Source: Intoshia linei (Eukaryota; Animalia; Orthonectida). From it: DNA of 64,000 nt. Both the position numbers and the translations under genes were made by a program. The stretch spans positions 1,550-65,549 of the forward strand of contig LWCA01000057.1 of NCBI GenBank assembly GCA_001642005.1. The letters run 5' to 3'. Positions within the stretch are counted from its first letter, which is position 1. Each line of letters opens with the position of its first letter. The notes under the pieces are model-generated. The model did not search any database. It saw nothing but the letters and a program-made list of their open reading frames with translations, and was not told the origin of the DNA. Below are positions 13,414-25,994 of the stretch, piece by piece.

Positions 13414-16400
13414 TTAATTTTTCTCAACAAATTCTTTGTGCAATAAAACAATACGATCAACAGATGAAGAATCTGCTAATGTTGTCACGTCTCCCAACTT
13501 GTTGTATTTTCCTTGTACTACTTTTTTTAAAATTCGACGCATTATTTTGCCTGATCTTGTTTTTGGCAGTGTTTCAGTTATCTAAATAAAATCAAATACA
13601 TACTTGATCAATGATCAATAATAATATTTAATATAAATTACACTATAAATATATCATTAAACTACGTTATAATATGGGTCATGTCTAGTCCGTAAAAAAC
13701 CCTTCAATGTACGTAAAAAACCGTAAAAAATGTTATTTTATGACCCAAAATATAATCAAACGAATTAAACTGCCAATTATAACTTGTTTTTGATATTATT
13801 TAAAAATATTTTAACATTAATGCCCGTATCCGTATTTTCTTGTCAGCTCCGATATGGGACATATCTAGTGTTGGCAACCGCCGTTTAAAAAATTAATGTT
13901 CCTTAATTATAAAAATTTTCAAAAATATTTATTCATTATTATTTAGAGAGTATTTAACTTTTATTAACTCTTTAATATGTAAAGAGAATACAATTTTAAA
14001 AAACTTCATCAATCATGATTATTAACTCTTAGATGCCAAAACCACACTGGTGTCTATATATTTTTCCAAATTCGTATTCAAAAATGTCATCAAATTGACA
14101 TATATTCTTATACTAATCCCTATAATTGTAAAGTCATCATAAATAATGTAACTTAATAAAAATTAACATGTTGAAATTTCTATGAACCCTTTGGGAAGCG
14201 TTGTTTCAAGTACTTAAATCCATTTATGTGGTTTCAATGAAACCAGAAAACATACCAGAATATGATGAGGGACAGCAAACGATGCAATGTTCTTTTTGAC
14301 ACTATCCTTTAATTGCTGAATAATTTTATCGCTAGACATGGAAACATTTTCTTTCAGAATCACAAATGCAAACATTGCCTCTCCCTTTATTTCATGTGGA
14401 TATCCAACGACAGCAGATTCACAGACACTAGAATGTTGATTCTGTGACCAAATATATTAAATAATAATAAAAATTTTACAATGGCATCTTCAACTTCTGC
14501 GGTTCCTAATCTGTGTCCACTGATATTAATAATATCGTCATTACGACCGTTAATCAAAATGTATTTGTTTCCATCTTGTGTAGCACTATCCCCCGACAAG
14601 TAAAAACCTGGATATTTTGAGAAATAAACATCCATATATCTTTGCCTATTTCCCCATACTGCGCGGCAAATACCTGGCCACGGCTTTTCAATGCACAGAG
14701 AACCTGATTTTAACAATTCAGTACATGTACCCTAAAACTTATTTATTTCAAGGATACCAAAAATAATTACATTTTCATCGAATATGACAGGTTTGATTCC
14801 GAAAAATCCTCGCATAGGATGAGCTACTTTTATTTGTGAATCCAACTCGGCAGGTCTAGGGCTAATCATCATACCGCCAGTTTCTAAATTTGCATAAAAA
14901 CATCATAATAATTCAACCTGTTTGCCACCATGTATCACAAATGGCCAATTTTGAATTTCCTACATTTTTAAAATACCATAACCAGGCTTCCGAATTAAGA
15001 GGCTCACCAACTAAAATTATTCATAGAGATAATTGTTAAATTAATTATGATATACAATATACAAGTTATTAATAATTGAAAAAAAATACCACATCCAAGA
15101 CATTTTAAGGATGATAAATCATAATTAGAAACAAAAGACTCTTCGTGTCTCAACAATCCTCGTAATGCTGTAGGGGAGACGTAGATTTGATTAATTTTTA
15201 ATCTTTGTACTGTTTCCCAATATCGACCTAATAACAATGTTAGCACTCACGTCTTTATCAATGTTACCGGGATCAGGATAAACTGGTGTACTTTCAAAAA
15301 TAACCGAAGTTGCTCCATTGCAAAGAGGACCATAAACAACATATGAATGCCCAGTTATCCAGCCTATATCTGCCATACAAGCGTAAATTTCACCCTTATT
15401 GTAATTGAAAACCATCTATATTAAATTACAATTGTAACATTAATAATATACACAATGTGTACCTGGTGTGTCACTGAAGCATATAAAAGATAACCAGCTT
15501 GCGTATGAACAAGCCCTTTCGGTTTCCCAGTACTTCCAGAAGTATATAGTATAAATAAGGGATCTTCGCTGTCCATGATTTCAGGATTACACTCGTTTGA
15601 AGCTAATTCCAATTCCTATTGTAAATACACACTATTAAAATTTCAATAAATCATACCTTATCAAATAATACGTCCAAATGAGTAGCAGTAAATGGAGAAT
15701 CTGTACGATTACCAACAAATATGTTTTTTACCGATGGTGATATCTTAACAGCTTCATTCACAGTGTCTTTTAATTTGATAAGTTTAGTTCCTCGAATAAA
15801 TTCATTACAAGTTACTACCGCCTTTGCATTTGCTAAATTTTTAACCGATAAATTTTATAATTTTAAATAATACCATCATTTATTCGTGATGCTAAAGCTG
15901 TCGCGCTAAAACCCGCGAAAATAACACTGTGTATGGCTCCGATTCGCGCACACGCTAGCATCGTCGCTACAGCTAATGGAGTATGTGGCATGTATATTGC
16001 TATAACATCACCCTTTTTAATATCATATTTTCTGAAAACATTTCCAATCTTACATGTTAATACAAGCAGCTCTCTAATATAATGAAATTATATAATATTT
16101 ACAAAGTTTTGTTTCAATCATCTTAAATTTGTAAGTTTTTTAAAAATCAACAATTAAAAATAAATAAAAAAAGCAGGATCAATTGATGGGACTGAAATCC
16201 AGATTTTTGTATTTCAAATATGCACAACTTCAATTCTCATATTTGTAAAATTGTAAGACTCCTTTAAAAATAAATAAATAATAAATAAAAAAAGGGTAAA
16301 TTAAAAAATTTAAAAATTTTTTTTTTATTCTAATAAAAAAGGGAATCTGGGGTTTTGATTATGAAGATGTAAGTTTTTGAAGATCCAATCTACGATAATG

Positions 16401-17734
16401 CTCATATTTTAAAAACAGTCAATAATTTATTTGTATATAAATTTATTGTAATATTTATATTTATATATATATATATATAATATTTATAGAATAATATTAT
16501 TGTATATACATTAATATTTATTGTTTTTAAAATTAGGGTTACTAACATTAAGTTATCCTCAACCCGAATTTTTGGGCTAAAATTAAAATTTTGCTGAAAC
16601 GCAGCGAAGCGTGTTATTTTTAATTTTATTTAAAAAATTTTTTGGGAAGCCCTACTTTAACTTTGGGGTCTCTTTTTCAAAAAATAATAACAGTTTACAC
16701 ACAATTTTTATTGCAAATTTCAAAATGTATACTTTAAATTTTTATTATAAGTCTAATGTGATGATTTTGATTGAAATAATTAAATTACCCTGAGAAATAT
16801 TACTTAACCCTGATCCCTGAGTTGAATTTAAAAACCCGAAGTCTTATGGGGAAAATAGGGCAGTTGGCAACCCTATTTAAAATTTATTTAATTTTTAATA
16901 AAAGGTAATTTGTAGTTTTTAAGTTGGCAATGAGTGATATATAATGACTGACAATTTGTGTTTTTGAAATTGCTAAGACTCAGTAAATGTAAATATTATA
17001 AATGGATTAATCGATTAATAATAATGGTAATTAGAACACTATATTATAATGTTATATTAGTTCAATTACTTGTATGAATAGTGTTCTTGTTGACCAGGTT
17101 CATTTTTATCCCAAATCAAAGCCGTATCATCAGGACGAGTTTTTATATGACGGTCCAAACAGTTAACTAAACATAGTTAAAAAAAAATAATAATTTAAAA
17201 CATTAACCTGAAACATTAATTTTTCCCTTCAAGAACCATTTAATATCTCCCTGTTTGAAAGATCCGGTAGATATTTCATTATATGGACTATACCACGCTA
17301 ACCTTGACTTTGCCAATGTCGACCAAAAATCGTGGTTATGATCCAAACTATATTGATGTAATTGTTGATAGAAACTTAAATTTTTATATTTATCTAAAAA
17401 AATAAAATTTCTGCACCTTATAACCTTTAGTACCTTCAAACTTGAAATTTTCAAATTCTGGAAAAGGGCATGATAATTCTCTTTTCCCATCCTCAGGTTT
17501 GACATAATCCACAACTTTGTACATTTTAAAACGTGTATATTCTCTCGAGTTTTGTTTTAAAAATTTAAAGTTATATAATGAATCTAGTATACGTCTAAAA
17601 ATATAAATACGTAAATATTTTTAAACCTAGGTTTATGTGAATGGCAAACTTGAATGTAAACTATCTAGAGTGAATTTAAGTTTCGTTTATTGATTATATA
17701 TAACCTTTACACTACGTATTATACTCTGCATCAT
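13414..17734 (-). CDS. ACSS1: Acetyl-CoA synthetase, ACSS1 (mitochondrial-type), about 14 exons
   Basis: AMP-binding motif [11 protein letters not shown]; [54 protein letters not shown] and [12 protein letters not shown]. First exons 17734-17705, 17664-17627, 17594-17434; last exon 13581-13414 (TAA). HTQAGY and RLGTAE are ACSS1-like rather than ACSS2-like. Confidence 0.92.
16534..16875. mobile_element. hAT MITE (CAG/TAGGGTTGCCA family) in ACSS1 intron
   Basis: Ends TAGGGTTACTAAC / GTTGGCAACCCTA; perfect 8-bp TSD TTTAAAAT; homologous in inverted orientation to 19193-19684. Confidence 0.85.
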
Positions 17735-19192
17735 AAATATTACGTGTATAGTAAATATTACCGTTACAATTAAAACTTGCAGTGTCGTTTGTAAAATTAA
17801 TTTTAAAAGTTACATTATTTTGTAATGTATACATTAGATTATTACGCCATTATTTCAAGAACAAGGTCACCTATTTACGTAAAAATTTGCCTAGTATTAC
17901 GTTTTTATTTTAAAACTAGTTTGGCCACTTTTTTAAAGTTCAATTTTTAAAATGATGATAAAATGGACTATTCATCTAAATTTTAGATCAACTTTTAGAT
18001 TTTAAAAGTTAAATGTATAATTATAATTATAGTAAATACGGCGACATTGAAATATCCTAATGCAATTCAATTCAATCCCAATACGATATTTAATCCCAAA
18101 ACGATATGAGAGAGCAATGAGCACCTAATTGAGTTATTCATACAGGTTAAATAATTTTTGTCAATCAATTGTATCAATTATAGTAGTAATAATAATAAGT
18201 ATAGTAGTAATTATAGTATCAATTATAATTGATAGTTATTAAATTATCAATATAAACGACTGACAACGAACATTAAAAACTGGTTACTAATTAATTTAAC
18301 AACTACAATACTTATTAATTATTTATCTCTAGGAATAAATAAAATCATGTAGTTTTATAAACATTTATTCACATAAAATGGCATAAAAAGAGTTCAGTCG
18401 CCTATTACCTAATTATCATGTTATATTGACTAAAATCCTTATCTCGCAATGTTCCCAAAATGGAACACATATTTCAGATATTGTTTGCAGTACATTGTTA
18501 ATTGTTTACTATAACATATATTACACCTTAGCAAATCAATATCACATTTATATTATTATTTATCATCACGGAGAAAAGGTATTCAGAGAATCATGAATAT
18601 TAAAAGATTTTAGTCCCATTTTCAATTTGAAATTTAAAGATTTTGTTTTATAATTAGAAAGTTTGATTTGTAGTTTTGTTTGTAGTTTGGTAGTTTGTTT
18701 TATTTTATAGGAAGTATATTTTATATCTTTAGTAAAGATTTCTTACTTATACATATAGCTGTTTTAAGGTATGGGCAATATGGGCTGTAGCTCAGGGCCA
18801 CTCATTAAAAAAGGTCTTCAAATTAATAAAAGTACTCTACATTTATACATGTATCTTAAAAAGAGGCTCCAATTTATTAAAAAATACTTTACATTTATAT
18901 CTTAAGAAACAGTTTATAAGTGTGGGAATTCAAATAGCTAGAAAGAAAATAGTTTAAAGAATTAAAGTTCTGGTTATTCAATTTAAAATATATTTTACAA
19001 TGTTCATCATATAATATTGACATAAAAACTGTTTCAAATGATAATATTAAACATTAAAACCTTTCTATATAGTGAATATTCAAAAAAAAAGTAGGAATTC
19101 TTTTATTAAATTTCAATAGTTCATACAATCAAACTTTCATGATATTGATGATAATTAACAATTATTGTAAATCATACAGAATCAATTTTATT

Positions 19193-19684
19193 CAGGGTTG
19201 CCAACTGCGTTATTTCCCCCTTGAGAATTCGGGTTTTCAAATTTAACTCATGGCTCAGGGGTAAGTGATATTTCTCAGGGTAATTTAATTATTTCAATAA
19301 AAATCATCAGATCAGACATATTTGATTTATATTCTATAATTTTTTTTTCTATGGTGAAAAAATCTTAGTGTTAGCAGTTAATTTTATTCCATTACTTAGT
19401 GACACCCATATTTTGTTTTTTTTCTCTTAAGTATTCATCATGAAGTCATTTTGAAATGTGCTATTTGCTATTTGTTATGAAAAATTTAAAGTATTCATTT
19501 TGAAATTTGTAATAAAAATTGTGTGTAAACTGTTATTATTTTTTGAAAAAAAGACACCCCATAGTAAAAGAGGGTCCCAAAAAATTATTTTGCTTATGGC
19601 GAAATTGCATAACACGCTGCGATTCACTATATGGCGCTTCGCTCAAAAATTCGCGTTGAGAATAATTTAATATTGGTAACTCTG
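19193..19684. mobile_element. hAT MITE (same family as 16534)
   Basis: Ends CAGGGTTGCCAA / TTGGTAACTCTG; perfect 8-bp TSD ATTTTATT. Confidence 0.85.
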
Positions 19685-19844
19685 ATTTTATTTCAACTAT
19701 TATTAGTATTATTATTATTGAATTTTTCTTTTGTATTGTTTAGGTATTATTGTATTTAGCTAACTTTATTTCTTTAACTTGATACACATTTCTATAACTT
19801 GGAAAAAATAAAACTTGGAATCAATAGAAAAATTTAAGGTGAAA

Positions 19845-20110
19845 AAACGTTTTCTAAACTAAAAATAATTAAGAATGAACTTTGAAATTGCTTAGCTCAA
19901 CCTCGTTTGAATGCGCTTTCCTTAATGTCAATTGAGAATGATATCAGTTTTGATAATATCATATCTGATTTCTCTCAGAAAAAAGTGAGAAAACAAAATT
20001 TAATTTATGAAGAATTGTCAAGAATTTTTTGTGACTGCATGGTGCATATTTTCAAATGAAAAAGTAAACTTTTATCATTAATTAAGTAAGTTTTTGTAAA
20101 AGAAATAAAA
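19845..20110 (+). pseudogene. hAT transposase C-terminal (dimerisation domain) fragment within a deleted element starting ~18760
   Basis: Translates FSKLKIIKNEL*NCLAQPRLNALSLMSIEND..IISDFSQKKVRK; near-identical inverted copy at ~45230-45465. Confidence 0.75.
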
Positions 20111-20119
20111 GTTACTAGA

Positions 20120-21282
20120 AACCTATATAATATATTTTTAAAAATCTCAATTTACCCTTTTTTTATGAAAACAGTTGTAGAATTTAAAAAAATTACAGGT
20201 GGTACAGTTGTATCCTGTTAACACATACAAAAAATTTCAATCTGAATAAGTGACGACTTCATGGTCAAAAAAGCATTTTAGTATTCATATATTTTTTTCT
20301 GAAATATTTTATTAACAATATAAAACAAAAAATGTGAAATAATTAATGGTCCGAAAATTTAAAAAAAATATTATTCTGATAGAGATTATTCCAGTTGATA
20401 TAAATACAAAATTTCAACCCTAGAAATCTACGCATTCCCGGTCACAAATAATTTTTAATATATTATCAACCAATATTTTTCAAATATTTCGAATTAACAT
20501 AAAAATTGAAAATGTAAATATTGATCCTACAATTTTAAAAAAACTTTGCATTGAACGTCTACACATTTCCAATAAATAAATATGGGTGAAAATCTATATA
20601 ATTCATTCCTTCGGAATTTTTTTTCATTGCTACGCAATTTTTAAATCTCAAATTCTCATTTTCAAAACATTTTGTTTAAAATTTAAATTAAACCTACAAC
20701 AACGATTACTAAAAGTAATAAATTATAATCATTTATTATTATCATTTTTATAATTATTACAATCCTTTGCAATTTTGGTAAAATTCGACTGAAATATTTT
20801 TATAAAGTGAAGATTCGGTTAATTATTGATACATAATTGGTATGTTTAAGTATTTATTAAATTGGTACTGAATATATATCATGATATTGAAAATGACAAA
20901 ATAGGTTTTTATAATTTTTTTTTCTGGAATTTATGCTATTTATGACAATTTTTAGGATATGACTGTTTTGACTTTATTTTTAATATTATACACACATTTT
21001 GTCTAATAAATTAAAAAAATGGGATAAAAATTGTTTTTAAAATTCTTTACGCAAATATTAAAAAAATTAAAATGGAATATTCACTTTAAAGTAAAAAGTA
21101 ATGTGATATGATGGTTTCACCTGAAACAAATTTTGGGACCACTCTTTTAAGGTATTGATAATAGTGAATAATAGGATTTTTAAGTTAGATTTTCAACGTT
21201 AATTTATTTTTTTGGTATAATAAAAATGTGCCCTCGGCAGAGCTAAGTGCTGTTTGTACGTAGTACATTACAGTCAACCTAG
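20120..21282 (+). mobile_element. Long H1 Helitron-like copy
   Basis: Internal modules and intact 3' end GCCCTCGGCAGAGCTAAGTGCTGTTTGTACGTAGTACATTACAGTCAACCTAG|T. Confidence 0.75.
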
Positions 21283-21929
21283 TGTATTTTATAAAAACAA
21301 AAATTTGCAATAATGAATGGTCCTAAAATTTAAAAAAAGATTATTCTTATAAAGCTTATTCCATTTGATATATAGATACAAAATTTTAATCTCAGATATC
21401 TACGCTTTTGTATCTATATCGACTGGATATTAATATTAATTAATTTATATTACATTAATTGCTTTGAAAAGGAAATGGCATACATTTTTGAATAATGATA
21501 GAAAATGTGTGATATAGTTAATACTGCAAATGATTCATTGCGACTAATCAACCGATCAGATCGTCAAATCAAAATCAATTAAAATAATTCACAAATGTAT
21601 AACCTATTTGATACGGCTTTTTAAATTAATTTAAATTTTGCAGTATTTTATTATGCACAACTTATCCCTGGTATGGTTTACTTTGTAAAATTCTCAAAAT
21701 TTATAAACATATTTTATATGGGTTTATAACTTTGATACAACTTGAAAAAATTTGATAAAGTTGTACAGTACCTTTATAAATGTGTAAATAATTTATTATT
21801 TTCTAATAAAAATTAATAATTAGAAATTGAATAAATTACCAAGATAAAGTTGTAATAGTATTGTGTTTGAATATTAAATAAGTATTGTACAAATTTGTCT
21901 TGGAAATGAAATATTTTTGTAAATTACGT

Positions 21930-23759
21930 TACGTAATTTCATGCATCAATACAATCAATTGATCATTTATCTAATATACTTAACTATGCAAATTTAATGG
22001 GGAATTCAATAAAGTTTCACAAAAAAAAATGTTCTATGTTAATAAGAAATGTTATATCTAAGTATTTCCTACAATAAACTAAAGAGGATATGCTCAATGA
22101 ACCTTTATCTGTAATAGTTGACGAGTCCACTGATGTTTCTTGTGATAAGCATATGTATTTTGTGGTACGATATTTTAGTAAAAGGCACAATACTATTGTG
22201 AGTAGATTTATCGGATTAGTAAAAGTTGATAGAACGGACGCTCAGACTTTATACAATGTAGTATTAAAATTTTTCAGTGATATATCGATAAACATTAAAT
22301 TATGTTCTGCGATTGGTACTTATGGAACAAATAACCTTTGTGGTACTCATAACTCATTGTATTCTAAACTAAAAACCCTTATACCTAATATTATATTGGT
22401 GAAATGTATCAGCCATTCACTTCATTTGGCCTGCTCGTACGCCTTTCATATTCTTCTTGATAGCATAGATATTTTAATAAGAGACACATATTCTTTTTTG
22501 AGTAAATCACCTCTTAGACTTGAAGAATATAGAAATTTGTACAAAATTATAAATAATGAACGATCACCTCCTAAGTTTATACCTATCAGCGCTACTAGAT
22601 GGTTAGAAGTAGGTCCTTGTCTGTGATAATAAATCAATGGAATGAAATTAAATGCTTTCTCGATTTGTACATTAATAATTCGGAGAGGAACACAACCAAA
22701 GCGCAAAATATATTTAATTTATATACTATTAAAAATTTGATGTACCTAAAATTTGCCGCTCCAATTTTACGTTCTTTTGAAATTATGAACGCAAAATTTC
22801 AATCCGATACTGCTGATCATGCAAAGCTACTTTGGGAATTGAAAGTTTTTACTCAGTCAATATTGTCAAGAGTGTCAAATGATCTAATTACCTGTGAAAC
22901 TATATCGTATAGTAAAGAGCCAATAGATATTGGAATTGATTGTGAACAATATATGTTTAATCTCAATTTATCTGAATGAAATAAAAATGATGCGTTGTGT
23001 CTGATGAAAAGTTTTTTGATTAAATGTTTTACGGAACTGATAAAAAGAACAAATATTAACATTGAGGTTTTAAACAAGGTTAAATATATTTCTCCAATCA
23101 ATATATTAATGGAAAATAGTCGTTTTGATAATTTTCCTATAGAGTTGGCAGAAAATCCTCAAGATGTTCAGGATGAATGGAGAATATTTAATTTAACAGA
23201 CTTTAATGAATATTTTAATAATTCCATACCAAATAAGTCTCTCGAATTTTGGGTTTCAATATATCATTATAAGGATTCTGTTGGTAATCATTGCTTCAGA
23301 AATATTTCCAAGTTTGCTCTGAAATTATTGTGTTTACCAATCGGCAATGCCACCGTAGAGCGGGTATTCTCAAAGGTTAGCTACATTAAGTGTCCACGGA
23401 GAAACAGAATGGGAATTGAAATGTTAATATCTCTGATTACAATAAAAAAACAATTTGGAAAGTTTAGGACCAACTTGTGATAATTATCAACCTCCAAAGG
23501 GAATGGCTAATTATGATTCATCAATATATGATAATGAAAGGAATCAATCTAATGATCCCGACTCAGAAATTGATTATAACCATAATTATGCGTCACAATC
23601 AGATACTAAATGAATACAATTATATTTATTTATTTTTATTAATTTAATTATTTGATTATTTTAATTTTTAAGTTTTCAATTTGAACTTTTCAACAAATAA
23701 ATGTATCAAGATCTTCAATCTAATTTGCGAGAAACTGAGTTTATTTTCTGGCAACTCTG
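21930..23759 (+). pseudogene. Decayed hAT transposase (DUF4371/ZNF862-like) with right TIR
   Basis: ORF pieces with VDESTD, CISHSLHL, TRW and PIGNATVERVFS. Frameshift ~22620, in-frame TGA at 22977, further disruption ~23460. Right end CTGGCAACTCTG at 23748-23759; left TIR not found. Confidence 0.9.
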
Positions 23760-25994
23760 ATTACGTATGTAAAATTTTACATGTATACAAATGTTTACAT
23801 GTAAATTAAAATATACAAATTGTATAGTACAATTGTATTTACAAACTTTAAATATTCATTTAAACCTTCAAATATGGTTGTTTTTAAGGTTTATATTTGA
23901 AACAGAAGACTTAATCTGAAAAAATACAACGAAACATTATTTTCCCATTTCAGGTCTAAAATTTAGAATCGAACTGTAAATAAACTAAATTCTGGGATTA
24001 TTATTTTTTCGATATGATTTATGTAGAAGCATGTCAAAAATATAACAAAAAATGGTCTTGTAGTTCAGGTATTCTGAATGTAGTTGGTGTGAACCTGAGA
24101 TTCACAGATAAAATTTTCGTAACATTTTTTTATGTACAAATATGCATTATTTTGAAAATGAATTGGAAAAATTATTCAGAGGTCGAGTCTCAGAATTATA
24201 TTACATAAATATATAAATTCCATTTAATTAGGTTTCTAGTAAAAGTAAGAAATCAGTAAATATGTCCGAAACATGAAATACAATAATTAGGATGTGGATT
24301 GAAAGTAAACTTTAAAAGGCAAAATAAAGTAATGAGATAAAATAAAATTGTTAATGTGTAAGCCTCAATCAAATATTTAAATTTAATTATTGGAATATTA
24401 ATTTATGGATATACAGACAATCTTTATTTAGATGATAAATTAGAGCTATAAATAATTTAAGATGAAAATAAATGAATTATCATAAATCATTAGTTTGCTC
24501 AATATTACTATATTCCAGAGTATTATTGCAGTAGCCTTCAAGCGATATATAGAATAACAAAAATGTTAATATGTACTACATGTTAATGTATATTTAAATA
24601 ATTGTAATGTTCATAATAAGACGGTAAAACAATCCAATATATTTTGATTGTAAAAGATTTCAATAAGATAACATATAATCAAGAAATTTTATGTAAATTT
24701 CTGTATTAGTAAACAACAGTATTTTAAATGTAGTTGATTCAATGGGTCTATCGAAACATTCAACCCTAATATGCCCGTTAGGCCAGAGCCGAATCTACCC
24801 AACTCGAAGTCACCGAAAATGGAAAAAGAGCCCGCAAAGCCTCGCCCTCGGCAGAGTTAGGTTTGTTTGTACAAAGTACATAACAGTCAAGCCAGTGATA
24901 TAAAATTCTAGGACCTTTTTCATTTTTAAAAAAAAGATAATTTGTGGTTTTGACTGAGGTGTGCATTTCTGAGGCTGATATTTACGACAATATTAATGAT
25001 TTTAATACGAGTCCCTGTATTTATGTTTTATTAAATTTTTGAGCTAATTTTTTTTTAAACAAAAGGGCAAATTGGATTTTTGACCCTGAAGGAATCAAAA
25101 TCGGAAACTAAAAATAGACATCAACAACCCTACGAGAAACTGTATAAAATATGGGTTTTTTAAATTCTATGACTGTTAATATTTTATATACAAAAAAAAT
25201 TTTTTAAATTTTGAATTTTGTTTGTCAGTAAAAAATTAATGGTAATAATAATACTTTCCAATATAAAAAATATTTCTTAGTACGCAAATAAAAAAATTAT
25301 AATACATTAATACTATTTGAAAATTCAGGCCAATAAATATACATTGTATATTGTATATTATACAATGATTATTGTGCAGCTAAGTTAATACTTTTTTGAA
25401 AAAGTGTGTATTGTAAAATAATAAAAAGTTAGAAATTTACAAAACTACAGAACATAGGTTACATGCTACATAATTGATTTCAGGAGTTAGGATTGTAAAT
25501 ATAAAATTTGTAAGTTAAAGATAATGTGTTTGACTTTTAAAAAAATTGAATCTGTATCAAACCAATAGTGACAATTGGAAAAATTTAACAAAAACTAGAC
25601 TTCATTGAAAATTTGGCATGCAAGCGAGGGACATTGGGTATTTAACAAGAATAAACAAATAGTATATATCAAAATTACATTAAGTAGGATGAATTTTATT
25701 TGAATACAAATATTTGTAAATTTATATTTGTTCAGTAGTCTATTGAAAATCCCCACAATGTGCGTTTTGTACATTTAACGTAGTAAAAATTTGATTGATT
25801 ACCTTCGAAACCTGAAAATACCAAGAGATGAAAAGAATGAAAGTAAATGCGCGTTTTGAATTTTAACGTTACACGAAGCCAATCAATATATACCGTTTAT
25901 TAAAAGTTTGACGTAACTACATAATTTATACAAAACTAGTAATTGTAACGTGTGCGCCACTTCAATCATAAATAAATTTGTAATTTTTATTGAA

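Noticed and set aside
13383-13589. Plus-strand 68-aa ORF
   Set aside because: Antisense shadow of the ACSS1 last exon.
17203-17514. ORF-track start for ACS (MWIMSNL...)
   Set aside because: It reads through the 40-nt intron 17433-17394; the real upstream exon is in another frame.
22090-23480. Domesticated hAT gene, or programmed frameshift/readthrough
   Set aside because: Multiple independent lesions, a conserved Asp apparently mutated (GTYG where D is expected) and a retained TIR indicate ordinary decay.
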